From Bacillota bacterium (GTDB lineage: Bacteria; Bacillota; Clostridia; Lachnospirales; Lachnospiraceae): 64,000 nt of DNA. Under the pieces are notes generated by a model that was not told the origin of the DNA, did not search any database, and saw only the letters and a program-made list of their open reading frames with translations. The translations under genes and the position numbers were made by a program. Below, piece after piece: positions 25,245 through 35,074 of the stretch. Every line of letters starts with the position of its first letter. Positions within the stretch are counted from its first letter, which is position 1. The stretch is taken from positions 244,260-308,259 of the forward strand of contig JAEWSH010000133.1 in NCBI GenBank assembly GCA_023398375.1. The letters are read 5' to 3'.

Positions 25245-26219
25245 ATGGGATATAAAGATATAAAGTTTGATAGGGAAAGCATATTTTTGGTAACAGGCGG
25301 AGCCGGTTTTATTGGTTCCAATCTTTGTGAAGCATTAACAGATATGGGATATCAGGTAAGGTGCCTGGATGACTTGTCGACCGGTTCGCAAAAACATGTT
25401 ACTATGCTGGCTGACAGACCAAATTACACATTTATCAAGGGTGATATCAAAGATCTGGATACTTGTATGGAAGCCTGCAAAGGTGTAACATACGTGTTAC
25501 ACCAGGCTGCATGGGGAAGTGTTCCAAGAAGTATTGAAATGCCTTTATTTTATGAGGAAAATAATATCAAAGGGTCCCTTAATATGATGGAGGCTGCAAG
25601 ACAGAACGGGGTGAAAAAATTTGTTTATGCTTCCAGTTCATCTGTATACGGGGATCATCCGGCACTTCCTAAGAAAGAAGGGGTGGAAGGAAACTTATTA
25701 TCTCCTTATGCATTAACAAAACGTACCAATGAAGAGTATGGAAAATTATATAAAGAATTATATGGTCTGGATACCTATGGTCTTAGATATTTTAATGTTT
25801 TCGGCCGTCGTCAGAATCCGGATGGAATGTATGCAGCTGTTGTTCCGAAGTTTATTAAGATGCTGCTGAATGGGGAGAAACCTACCATCAATGGAGACGG
25901 CAGACAGTCCAGAGACTTTACTTACATCGATAATGTTATAGAGGCGAATCTGAAAGCATGTCTTGCATCTTCTGAAGCAGGCGGAGAGGCCTTTAACATA
26001 GGATTTGGCGGAAGAGAATTCTTAATAGATATTTATTACAATTTGTGTGATGCACTGGATAAGAAAGTAGAGCCGAATTTTGGACCGGACAGATTGGGAG
26101 ATGTCAGAGATTCTAATGCAGATATCAGTAAGGCAAAGGAATTATTGGGATACGATCCTGAATATGATTTTAAGACAGGTATTAACCTTGCGATTGACTG
26201 GTATAAGGCAAATCTGTAA
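25245..26219 (+). CDS. tviC: UDP-HexNAc(A) 4-epimerase (TviC/WbpP family SDR)
   Basis: VTGGAGFIGSNL, HQAAWGSVPRS, ASSSSVYGDHPALPK, SPYALTK, LRYFNVFGRRQNP. Confidence 0.85.
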   Translation: MGYKDIKFDRESIFLVTGGAGFIGSNLCEALTDMGYQVRCLDDLSTGSQKHVTMLADRPNYTFIKGDIKDLDTCMEACKGVTYVLHQAAWGSVPRSIEMPLFYEENNIKGSLNMMEAARQNGVKKFVYASSSSVYGDHPALPKKEGVEGNLLSPYALTKRTNEEYGKLYKELYGLDTYGLRYFNVFGRRQNPDGMYAAVVPKFIKMLLNGEKPTINGDGRQSRDFTYIDNVIEANLKACLASSEAGGEAFNIGFGGREFLIDIYYNLCDALDKKVEPNFGPDRLGDVRDSNADISKAKELLGYDPEYDFKTGINLAIDWYKANL

Positions 26220-26314
26220 ATATCGCAGATGTGCGTTTTAGGATATGAATAGACTTTCTGTATGTGAATATGGGAGGTCTATTTTGCTTATGGACCAGGT
26301 TACGCATGTATGTT

Positions 26315-26565
26315 AATATTTGAATTCGTCATTTTGCACAATTTACGCTAATGTATATTGATACACAACATAGTTCATTCGCAACGCTCCCGCTTGGATT
26401 TAGTACGCAGTGGTACATAAGAGCATAAAATACATGCTCTAAGTACCAGCGGCTTCATACAGTTGCTCACCAAACTATGTTGTGCATCAATTTTGATAAG
26501 GTAAGTGTATGTGCAAACTGACGAAGCCAAGTTTTCTGATAAACTAATGACATTTGAATCTTGTA
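26315..26565 (-). repeat. Family-B nested-palindrome element, copy 1 (inverted relative to copy 2)
   Basis: The reverse complement of 26321-26535 aligns by eye to 47190-47404 at roughly 90 % identity. The terminal inverted repeats are degenerate. Confidence 0.8.
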
Positions 26566-26687
26566 GTGAAGAACAGGGACTAAAGTCACATATGTTTTCG
26601 GGTTGAATAATTAGCATTCGACACCTTGATTCATTCAGCAAACTGAAAGGGGACTTTGCGACCGGGCGTCGCAGAAGGGAGTTGAAA

Positions 26688-27608
26688 ATGAAATATAATA
26701 TAGTTATATTTGGGGTAAAAGATACGACAGAAGAAATTGTAGAATATATTCAAAGCAATATAGGGAAAGTGGATTTGATAGTGACGATTCATGAAAGTGT
26801 CCTGGGAGGGAATCAGGTATCTGGTTATAAGGGGCTTGGATTCTTAACAGAAAAATATGGGATCAAGGTATTTGAGACAAGATCATATGGCTTGCAGGAT
26901 GAAGAGACAAAGGACTTTTTTTCAGAGAATGAATTTGGTATCGGTATCTCTATGGGATGGCAGCGTCTGATTCCGGAGCATGTATTGAACGCATTTCAGG
27001 AGGGCGTTTTTGGATTTCATGGAAGCTGTGGATATCTTCCGTTTGGAAGGGGCCGTTCTCCGCTCAACTGGTCTGTCATAAACGGTGACAGCAGATTTAT
27101 ACTGAATTTGTTTCAATATGATAAGAATGCAGACAGTCCCAATGTTTTTGCAAATGAAATGTTCCAGATCAATGCACACGATACGATCAGAACGCTTCAA
27201 TATAAGAATATCATAGTGTCCAAGCAGCTCATCAGGAGATTACTTGAGGCATACAAGGAAGGAAATATTAAGATTTATAGAGAGTCCAAAGATTTCGACG
27301 GATGGTACGGCAAACGTACCGCAGCAGATGGCAGGATAGAATTTCAATCTCGCACAAGAGATATCTATAATCTGGTACGTGGTGTGACAAGACCATTCCC
27401 GGGAGCTTTTTGTTATCAGGGTGAGAGTAAAGTTATCGTGTGGAGGATACATCCCTTTGATGAGATGCTTGATTTTTCCATGTATGCACCCGGCGAAGTG
27501 ATTGACATGTTTGATGGGCAGTTAGTTGTCAGAACCTTGGACGGTTCCGTTCTGATAGAAGAATATGAGTGCGATCATGAGCTACAAATTGGTACTATTT
27601 TACAGTAA
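26688..27608 (+). CDS. Formyltransferase-family protein (sugar N-formyl/acyl transferase candidate)
   Basis: GFHGSCGYLPFGRGRSPLNWSVING corresponds to the Fmt/ArnA HxSLLPxxRG..P..W motif. There is a C-terminal Fmt-like barrel. ATG 26688 has a GAAGGGAG SD. Confidence 0.65.
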   Translation: MKYNIVIFGVKDTTEEIVEYIQSNIGKVDLIVTIHESVLGGNQVSGYKGLGFLTEKYGIKVFETRSYGLQDEETKDFFSENEFGIGISMGWQRLIPEHVLNAFQEGVFGFHGSCGYLPFGRGRSPLNWSVINGDSRFILNLFQYDKNADSPNVFANEMFQINAHDTIRTLQYKNIIVSKQLIRRLLEAYKEGNIKIYRESKDFDGWYGKRTAADGRIEFQSRTRDIYNLVRGVTRPFPGAFCYQGESKVIVWRIHPFDEMLDFSMYAPGEVIDMFDGQLVVRTLDGSVLIEEYECDHELQIGTILQ

Positions 27609-27623
27609 TGGAGTGAAGCAGGA

Positions 27624-28379
27624 ATGAAGATAGCAGTACGTATAGACGATATTACGCCGGACATGGATTGGGAAAGCTTTTATCGATTAAAAGAACTATT
27701 AGATCGATATAAGATCAAACCATTGATTGGAATTGTGCCGGATAATCAGGATAAGAACCTGGTGTGCGACAAAAAAAGAGAAGATTTTTGGATTTATATC
27801 AAAGAGCTTTATGGAGCTGGCTGGAGTATAGCAATGCATGGATATCAACATGTATACACGACCAAAAAAGGTGGTCTGTTCCCTTTGAATCATTTCTCTG
27901 AATTTGCAGGAGTTCCCTATGAAAGGCAAAAGGAAATGCTGATGGAGGGAAAGAAGATTTTTCAGGAACATGGAATCAATACGGATATCTTTATGGCACC
28001 GGGGCATTCTTTTGATAGAAATACACTGAACATCCTGTCGGAACTTGGATTCCGCTATGTGACAGATGGATTTGGCAGTCAGCCCTATATGGAAGCCAGG
28101 AGCGGTCTGGTATTTTTGCCGATTGCGTTTCGAAGCAAGACTGATATCAATAGACCCAGAGGATATACCACACTTGTATATCATCTGAATGGAATGACAA
28201 CGAAGCAATTTAAAAAACATGAAAAAATGATAAGTGAACATAGGGAAAGTTTTATTTCCTATGAAGATTATATGAAAGTGGTACCAGTCTCACGCTTATT
28301 TGCCGGAAGGGTGAAAGAAAAGGGTATGGTATTTATGAAATATTTTCTGATTCGCATACGCACATTGCTGCGAAGGTAA
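27624..28379 (+). CDS. DUF2334-family protein (polysaccharide-deacetylase-like fold)
   Basis: MKIAVRIDDITPDMDW is a typical DUF2334 start, and it has a histidine pair MHGYQH. Confidence 0.55.
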   Translation: MKIAVRIDDITPDMDWESFYRLKELLDRYKIKPLIGIVPDNQDKNLVCDKKREDFWIYIKELYGAGWSIAMHGYQHVYTTKKGGLFPLNHFSEFAGVPYERQKEMLMEGKKIFQEHGINTDIFMAPGHSFDRNTLNILSELGFRYVTDGFGSQPYMEARSGLVFLPIAFRSKTDINRPRGYTTLVYHLNGMTTKQFKKHEKMISEHRESFISYEDYMKVVPVSRLFAGRVKEKGMVFMKYFLIRIRTLLRR

Positions 28380-28390
28380 TAGGAAACAAA

Positions 28391-29548
28391 ATGGGGATGA
28401 TTGAAATGACAAAACCGGTCAGAGTACTACAAGTATTGGGCGGTACCGCACTTGGTGGTGCAGAAAGCCGTATCATGGATCTTTATCGTAATATGGATCG
28501 AACAAAACTACAGTTTGATTTTGTGGTTCATAACAGGAATGAAGATCACTATAATGAGGAAATACGTTCTCTTGGAGGAAAGATCTATCGGATTCCGAAG
28601 TTCAGATTTTATAATATCCTCGCATATCGGAGCGCATGGAAACGTTTTTTTTGTGAACATACGACATATGCTGCAGTACATGGGCACATGACAAGTACTG
28701 CAGCAATCTATCTGCCGATTGCAAAAAGAAACGGTGTACCGCTCACGATCGCGCATGCAAGGAGCGCAGGCACAGATCCGGGAATAAAGGGAATCCTGAC
28801 AAGATGGCTGCGGAAACACCTGTATGAACGTGCAGATTATTGTTTTGCATGTTCTAAGATAGCTGGAGATGCGGTCTTTGGTGCCGAAAATATGCGAAAA
28901 GGAAAAATACAGATCATTCCCAATGCGATCGAAGTAGATAACTATGTATATGATGGTGCGGTGAGAGAACATATGCGTGAGGAATATGGATTACAGAATG
29001 CTTATGTGATTGGGCATGTGGGAAGATTTCATTATGCAAAAAATCATGTCTTTTTACTGGATATATTCGCGGAAATCAGTAAGAAAAAAGAAAATGCCAG
29101 ACTGCTATTATTGGGCGAGGGCGGACTGATGCCGGAGATTCAGGAAAAGGCAGTGAACTTAGGAATCCAGGAAAAAGTGATTTTTGCCGGTAGTCATACG
29201 AATGTGGGAGATTTCTATCAGGCAATGGATTATCTGGTATTTCCATCTCATTTTGAAGGTCTGCCAGGGACGATTGTAGAGGCACAGGCGGCAGGACTTC
29301 GATGCCTGATATCGGATACGATCGCGAAAGAAGTCGTGGTCACAGAACTGGTTGAGACAATGTCCTTACAGAAATCTGCAAAAGAGTGGGCTGATTATGT
29401 ATTAAAAAATCAGACCTATGACAGACAACGGAATGTAACAGAGCTGAAAGAAGCAGGTTTTGATGTAAAGTCGCAGGTTACTAAGCTACAGAATTTTTAT
29501 CTGGGAAAGAAGAATGAAAATGAAATGTACTATTATGAACAAGTATAA
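28391..29548 (+). CDS. GT4 glycosyltransferase (EpsF-like)
   Basis: VLQVLGGTALGGAESRIMDL, FPSHFEGLPGTIVEAQAAGL. Confidence 0.8.
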   Translation: MGMIEMTKPVRVLQVLGGTALGGAESRIMDLYRNMDRTKLQFDFVVHNRNEDHYNEEIRSLGGKIYRIPKFRFYNILAYRSAWKRFFCEHTTYAAVHGHMTSTAAIYLPIAKRNGVPLTIAHARSAGTDPGIKGILTRWLRKHLYERADYCFACSKIAGDAVFGAENMRKGKIQIIPNAIEVDNYVYDGAVREHMREEYGLQNAYVIGHVGRFHYAKNHVFLLDIFAEISKKKENARLLLLGEGGLMPEIQEKAVNLGIQEKVIFAGSHTNVGDFYQAMDYLVFPSHFEGLPGTIVEAQAAGLRCLISDTIAKEVVVTELVETMSLQKSAKEWADYVLKNQTYDRQRNVTELKEAGFDVKSQVTKLQNFYLGKKNENEMYYYEQV

Positions 29549-31793
29549 AGTATTCAGTTGTAAGGGGATTCAGGCATTCTTAATCAATTTTCTGATTGCA
29601 TTTTCTGTATTTATTCCCTTTATGATTCAGAACCATGGAATACTCACAATATTTGATGATTTTAATAAACAGCAGATTCCAATTATGATGCTTGCGAATG
29701 ATGCAATCAGGTCAGGAAATATACTTTGGAACTGGAATATTGATATAGGATCCAGTTTTATAGGAGGAACAAGTTTCTATATTACTGGAAGTCCTTTCTT
29801 TTACCTGACGCTTTTGGTATCTAAGAATGCAATTCCGTATCTGATGGGCTGGCTGTATATGTTAAAGTATGCAGTTGCAGGGCTGTTTGCATTTTATTAT
29901 ATGGAACGGTACTGCGAAGATAAGAAATATGCGCTGATCGGATCTGTTTTATATGCATTCTCCGGATTTCAATCTACAAATATGATTTTTCATTTTCATG
30001 ATGTTGTTGCATTGTTTCCCCTGTTGCTGATTGGTCTGGATAAATTGATTCTTGATAAAAAGAAAGGTTTTTTTGCCTTTGCGGTATTTTTGAGTGCTTT
30101 ATTGAACTTTTATTTTTTGATCGCTGAAGTTGTTTTTCTGATCCTGTATTTTCTGATGCGCTTTCCTAAAAAATACTGGAGTAAGGTATTTTTATGTATG
30201 TGGGAAGGAATACTTGGAATTATAATGGCAATGATTATTTTTCTTCCAACGATTGCATTTAATTTTATGAATCCAAGGATTTCTGTCTTTTTACAATTTG
30301 AAAAGTGGTTTGATTTTAACAGGAGATACTTACTATATCTGGTAAGGGCATTTTTACTTCCGGCTGAAATGATGAGTAAGCAGTCCTATATTTCCAAACA
30401 GGATTTTTCTTCATGGTCGGCGTATCTGCCGATGGCAGGAATGATATTAGTTTGTTGCTTTGTGTTAAGATCTTATAAAACTTGGATCGCAAAGTTATTA
30501 TTCGTATTGGGTGTTTTCTGTATTGTGCCGCTTATGAACAGTGTGTTCTCGCTGTGTACGGAGACCAATTATCACAGATGGTACTATATGCTGATTCTGA
30601 TCATGAGTCTGGCCTCCAGCATTGTTATGGAAAAGAGAAAAGAGTACCCTGTTACATTCGTATCGATAGGATCGTTGTGCTTTACAATCATACTGGCGTC
30701 TGCCTCTTTTTGGTGGGACAAGTATAAATTTAAATTGATCTATATCCAGGATAAGTTCATTTGGATAATCGTTACCGCCCTGGCGGGAATGGTTATAATG
30801 TTCCTTTTGCATGGATTTGTGAAAAAGGAAAATCATTATTTTTATCTTATGTTGGCAGGGGTAAGCTTTTTTGCATTCTTTACTACATTTACGAATTGCA
30901 GAGAATACAGAGATCTGGCCAATACAAGCGGAACGCCAGGAAATGAAGGTGGAATGGCATACTATCAGCGAATACTGGCATTGGAAGAATTAAAGCAGGT
31001 GGATGCTTACAGATATGAATCTGATGATAATACCATGAATATGGCAGCAGGGGTAAAGGGGACAGGGTCTTTTTATACCACTGTAAACGGCTCTATTTTT
31101 GAATTTTATGAATCCTTACATGATGAAAGGAGCACTTTTACACCAAAAGGGCAGGAGGGAGTAAAAGAACTTTTGTCGGCAAAATATTACCTTACAACAA
31201 CCAGACAAAAAACTTCACCGATACAGACCATAAAGATAGGAGAAAAAGAATATTATGTGTATGAAAATGAGATATCTGTTCCGATCGGATATACATATGA
31301 CACGTATATGCTTTATAGTGATTACGAAAAATTAGACTATGCACATAGAGGCTTAGCCATGTTGAAAACATTGATCGTAAGAGATGAGAGTGAGAAAGAA
31401 GTAGTAAATTACATAAAAAAATATAAGGAACAACAAGATGGATCTTTTGAAAAATCAGATAAATATCAGATAGTAAAGGAACATCAGAAAGAAAGCTCAA
31501 GTAATTTTTATATTAGAAAAAATAAATTTGGTTCTACCATTATTGCGGATCATGATAAGTACGCATTTTATAGTGTTCCCTATGATGATGGCTGGAGCGC
31601 AAAAGTGAATGGGAAAAAAGTTACTATTTTAAAAGTAAATGGATTGATGGCAGTGCCTGTTTCAAAGGGTACGAATCAGATAGAATTTACATATCAGAAT
31701 ATTTATCTGTTAATAGGTGCAGTGCTGTCAGCTTTGGGATGGGTGATCTACCTTGTATACAGAAAAGAAAGAAGAGGAAAAATAGAATCGTGA
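29535..31793 (+). CDS. YfhO-family GT-C membrane glycosyltransferase
   Basis: About 750 aa. IFDDFNKQQIP first-loop motif, then >12 TM segments and a C-terminal soluble domain plus a final TM, which is YfhO architecture. The start is ambiguous (29514 or 29535) and overlaps the upstream GT4. Confidence 0.75.
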   Translation: MNKYKVFSCKGIQAFLINFLIAFSVFIPFMIQNHGILTIFDDFNKQQIPIMMLANDAIRSGNILWNWNIDIGSSFIGGTSFYITGSPFFYLTLLVSKNAIPYLMGWLYMLKYAVAGLFAFYYMERYCEDKKYALIGSVLYAFSGFQSTNMIFHFHDVVALFPLLLIGLDKLILDKKKGFFAFAVFLSALLNFYFLIAEVVFLILYFLMRFPKKYWSKVFLCMWEGILGIIMAMIIFLPTIAFNFMNPRISVFLQFEKWFDFNRRYLLYLVRAFLLPAEMMSKQSYISKQDFSSWSAYLPMAGMILVCCFVLRSYKTWIAKLLFVLGVFCIVPLMNSVFSLCTETNYHRWYYMLILIMSLASSIVMEKRKEYPVTFVSIGSLCFTIILASASFWWDKYKFKLIYIQDKFIWIIVTALAGMVIMFLLHGFVKKENHYFYLMLAGVSFFAFFTTFTNCREYRDLANTSGTPGNEGGMAYYQRILALEELKQVDAYRYESDDNTMNMAAGVKGTGSFYTTVNGSIFEFYESLHDERSTFTPKGQEGVKELLSAKYYLTTTRQKTSPIQTIKIGEKEYYVYENEISVPIGYTYDTYMLYSDYEKLDYAHRGLAMLKTLIVRDESEKEVVNYIKKYKEQQDGSFEKSDKYQIVKEHQKESSSNFYIRKNKFGSTIIADHDKYAFYSVPYDDGWSAKVNGKKVTILKVNGLMAVPVSKGTNQIEFTYQNIYLLIGAVLSALGWVIYLVYRKERRGKIES

Positions 31794-32950
31794 AAAAGAA
31801 TCTTTTACTCATAGTTCCAATGCTGCATCAGGGCGGATTTGAAAGAGTATGCATACGGACAGCACGAATGCTTGCGGATGAATGCAATGTTTCTATTCTG
31901 ATCTTTAGTGACGAGGATATTGCCTTTGACATAGAAGGACTGGATATTATAAATATAGATATCAAGAGCCGGGAGGGCGGATTCCGTAAAGCATGGAATC
32001 TGTTACGGCGGATACAGGCAGTAAAACGGATCAAAAAAGAGAAACACACACACATTTCTTATAGCTTCGGAGTGACAGCAAATCTTGTAAATGTATTTGC
32101 CATCGCACAGGACAAGTGTTGGGTTGGACTTCGGGGCTATACGGATCTGTATTCCAGGACGCTGAAAACAATCTGCAGCAGGGCGGATAAGATCGTCTGC
32201 TGCTCAAAGGTGATAGAAGAGGCAGTGAAAAAACAATTTACGGGGAAAGATGTTGCGAATATTCCCAATTCTTATGATATTGATTTGATTAATTCGCAGG
32301 CTGAGGAAGATATCCCGCAGGAGGATCAATACATATACGAGAATGGATATCGTGTATTGACAGCTGTCGGAAGAGAGGATGATCTGAAGGGATACTGGCA
32401 TCTGATCAGGAGCTTTGCCAAAGTAGTCCGGTCAGTACACGATGTGCGCCTCCTCATTATAGGGGAAGGGGAATATCTGGAGGACAAAAAATTCGCGGAG
32501 GCTCTTGGAATCGGGGATAAAGTGTTTTTTACCGGTGTCAGAAGTAATCCTTTCCCATATGTAAAGAAGGCATGTGCCTACATCTTATCGTCACGTAATG
32601 AAGGATTTCCCAATGCACTGGTAGAAGCCATGGCGCTGGGAAAACCGGTAATGGCTACGAATTGCCAGTCAGGACCTGCGGAGATATTATTTGAGGATTA
32701 CCGAAGAGCTGCAGACGATTCCATTGCTTATGATGCGGATTACGGTGTGCTGCTGCCAATGGTGATATGGCATAAAGATCTGCATCTGGAAGGTATCGAC
32801 GATGCAGAAGCGATTATGGCAGATGAGATCATCAAGATGCTGAATGATGAGAATAAACAGGCGAAATATGCTGCATTAGCTAGAAAAAGAGCAGAATATT
32901 TTTCTGATAAAAAGTATAAAGATTTATTACTTAGGAACATAATGGATTAA
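31790..32950 (+). CDS. GT4 glycosyltransferase
   Basis: VKKNLLLIVPMLHQGGFERV, SSRNEGFPNALVEAMALGKPV. GTG 31790 forms a GTGA overlap with the YfhO stop; the track's alternative is ATG 31739. Confidence 0.75.
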   Translation: MKKNLLLIVPMLHQGGFERVCIRTARMLADECNVSILIFSDEDIAFDIEGLDIINIDIKSREGGFRKAWNLLRRIQAVKRIKKEKHTHISYSFGVTANLVNVFAIAQDKCWVGLRGYTDLYSRTLKTICSRADKIVCCSKVIEEAVKKQFTGKDVANIPNSYDIDLINSQAEEDIPQEDQYIYENGYRVLTAVGREDDLKGYWHLIRSFAKVVRSVHDVRLLIIGEGEYLEDKKFAEALGIGDKVFFTGVRSNPFPYVKKACAYILSSRNEGFPNALVEAMALGKPVMATNCQSGPAEILFEDYRRAADDSIAYDADYGVLLPMVIWHKDLHLEGIDDAEAIMADEIIKMLNDENKQAKYAALARKRAEYFSDKKYKDLLLRNIMD

Positions 32951-32995
32951 GTACACAATAGATAGGAAACCTAAGAAGAGAGAGAATCAAATTTT

Positions 32996-34948
32996 ATGAA
33001 AAAAAAGATTGGAATTCAAATACTGCCTATATTGGGATCTATGACAGCAATTGGAATTCTCGTTTCCCTGTTAATATTGGGACTGCATCAGATCCAGAAT
33101 CAGTTAAAGAAAGATTTTCTAGAAAAGCATGAACTTTCGGAAGGTATGACGGTTACTGTAAAGGGAGTGAATTCTTCTGAGGATATCGTATGGTGGCAGG
33201 ATGAAGGAGAAGATACGGATGGCGCTGCTTATTTTTTTCTGCCATCTTATGCTCCGACAGATGCGATAGAAATCAATTGCAACTATGTGGAACAAGTGAT
33301 CATGGAAAGTGATAATGGAACGCAGTTTGTATTGTCCGCCGGAAAAAATGAAGTACCGGTTCAGATCGGTACCAGTTATAAGACTACATTTATAGATGGA
33401 GAGGGACAGATTACAGAAAGTAAGGAAATAGTATTTCTGCGTTCTGCATATTTACCGGCCCTATATGTAAATACGGAATCCGGTTCATTAGAATACCTGA
33501 ATGAAGATAAAAATAATAAAGAGACCGGCGATATGGCTTTATATGACGAAGATGGAATCCTGCGCTATAAAGATAAGTTAAAGTCTGTTTCCGGCAGAGG
33601 AAACCAGACCTGGGACTGTGAAAAAAAGTCTTATGGGATAAAGCTGCGTCATGCAGCTAATCTGCTGGAAATGGGAAAAGCAAAGAATTGGGTACTGTTG
33701 TCCAATGTATATGATGAATCTTATATTCGTAATAAGATCACTTATGAAATGGCAAGAAATGCAGGAATGGAAGAGACGGCAGAACTGCAATATATAGACC
33801 TTTACTGTAATGGAGTGTATGCAGGTATGTATCTCTTGTGTGAAAAGGTAGAGCTTGTCAAAGGAAGAATCAATATCACAGGTCTGGAAGAGAAAAATGA
33901 AGAAGTAAATGGTAAAAATTTAGAAGAAGCAGAAGATTATCTTAGCCCAGACGGAACCAGGAAAGGAAAACTGCTGATCAATAATCCGGAAGATATTACA
34001 GGTGGATATCTGGTCGAACACGATTACGGCGAAAAGTATGGTGCTGAGATAAGCGGATTTGTGACCCCTAATAATGACAAATATGTCATAAAAAATCCAA
34101 AGTGTGCTTCAAAGGAAGAAGTTAATTATATTGCAGATTTATTTCAACAGATGGAGGCAGCTGTTCTATCTGACGATGGGTATAATCACGAGACCGGAAA
34201 ATATTTTACGGAATATATCGATCTGGAATCTTTTGCAAAAAAATATATAGTGGAAGAAATATCCAAAAATGACGGGGGCGGTACCACCAGTGCATTCTTT
34301 TATAAAAGACCTGACCGCCAAGACACACTGATCTATTGCGGGCCGGTATGGGATTATGATAAAGCTTATGGGCGCGTTAAAAATCTGGATGCAGACCCAT
34401 ATAGCTTAGGCTATGAGACGCTGCATGATTCGGGAACAGATTTTTATTATTTTTTATACCAGAAACCAGAGTTTCAAGAGGCTGTCAAAAAATATTATAA
34501 GGAATGCTTTTCGGATTATCTGGGAGAATTACAATACGACGGAATTGATGCAATCGTGAATGAGATACGTTTTTCTGCTATTTTGGATGGTGTCAGATGG
34601 AAAAGTATGCGCAGTGATGATTTTGTGGCATATCAGGATACAAATTATGAAGCAGTCGCTGCATATATCAAGGAGTTCATTACGGATAGAAAAGAATTTT
34701 TAGATGCTGTCTGGATTCAGAATAAAGAGATCGCAGATGTACATATTGTTAATAATATCGAAAATGCAGAATACTATTTTGGAGTCATAAAGGGAACAGG
34801 GCTGCCGGCTATGCCGCACAGCAGCATACACGGCTATCATTTTGAAGGATGGTTCATAGAGGGTTCTGATAATATTTACTCAGAAAATATGCCGATCAAT
34901 AAAGATACAACAATCATTGGCAGATGGGTCGAGAAAGAAGATTCGTAA
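32996..34948 (+). CDS. CotH-kinase-family protein with an N-terminal membrane anchor and a C-terminal Listeria/Bacteroides-type repeat
   Basis: Signal-anchor ILPILGSMTAIGILVSLLILGL. CotH core: KKSYGIKL, NWVLLSNVYDESYIRNKITYEMA, LYCNGVYAGMYLLCEKVE. C-terminus: HGYHFEGWFIEG...TTIIGRW. Confidence 0.7.
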   Translation: MKKKIGIQILPILGSMTAIGILVSLLILGLHQIQNQLKKDFLEKHELSEGMTVTVKGVNSSEDIVWWQDEGEDTDGAAYFFLPSYAPTDAIEINCNYVEQVIMESDNGTQFVLSAGKNEVPVQIGTSYKTTFIDGEGQITESKEIVFLRSAYLPALYVNTESGSLEYLNEDKNNKETGDMALYDEDGILRYKDKLKSVSGRGNQTWDCEKKSYGIKLRHAANLLEMGKAKNWVLLSNVYDESYIRNKITYEMARNAGMEETAELQYIDLYCNGVYAGMYLLCEKVELVKGRINITGLEEKNEEVNGKNLEEAEDYLSPDGTRKGKLLINNPEDITGGYLVEHDYGEKYGAEISGFVTPNNDKYVIKNPKCASKEEVNYIADLFQQMEAAVLSDDGYNHETGKYFTEYIDLESFAKKYIVEEISKNDGGGTTSAFFYKRPDRQDTLIYCGPVWDYDKAYGRVKNLDADPYSLGYETLHDSGTDFYYFLYQKPEFQEAVKKYYKECFSDYLGELQYDGIDAIVNEIRFSAILDGVRWKSMRSDDFVAYQDTNYEAVAAYIKEFITDRKEFLDAVWIQNKEIADVHIVNNIENAEYYFGVIKGTGLPAMPHSSIHGYHFEGWFIEGSDNIYSENMPINKDTTIIGRWVEKEDS

Positions 34949-35010
34949 TTTAAATAAAAGTTTCAGATTTTTTCAGAATTTCTTAAGAAGTGGTTTGCTT
35001 GTAGGTTAAT

Positions 35011-35039
35011 TTGATATGTGATATCATGTAAAAGATTAT
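35011..35039 (+). promoter_or_regulatory. Candidate sigma-A promoter ahead of the GT4/AsnB block
   Basis: TTGATA (35011-35016), 17-nt spacer, GATTAT (35034-35039). It sits in a 126-nt gap after the CotH gene. Confidence 0.35.
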
Positions 35040-35074
35040 GAAGAACATAATGAATATTAGATCAGGGGTCATAG

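Noticed and set aside
26375-26641. ORF 26375..26641 (-) and ORF 47190..47408 (+) share the peptide CTYTY..KIDAQHSLVSNCMK, suggesting a conserved small protein
   Set aside because: - The shared peptide is just the translation of the family-B DNA repeat in its two orientations.
- There is no SD.
- The frames are broken by indels in the other copies (B3-B5).
- Conservation fits the DNA/RNA structure (palindromic arms), not a coding frame.
27699-28972. Minus-strand ORFs 27699..28241 (180 aa) and 28508..28972 (154 aa)
   Set aside because: They are antisense to the DUF2334 and GT4 genes. They have no recognisable motifs or ribosome-binding sites. These are shadow ORFs.
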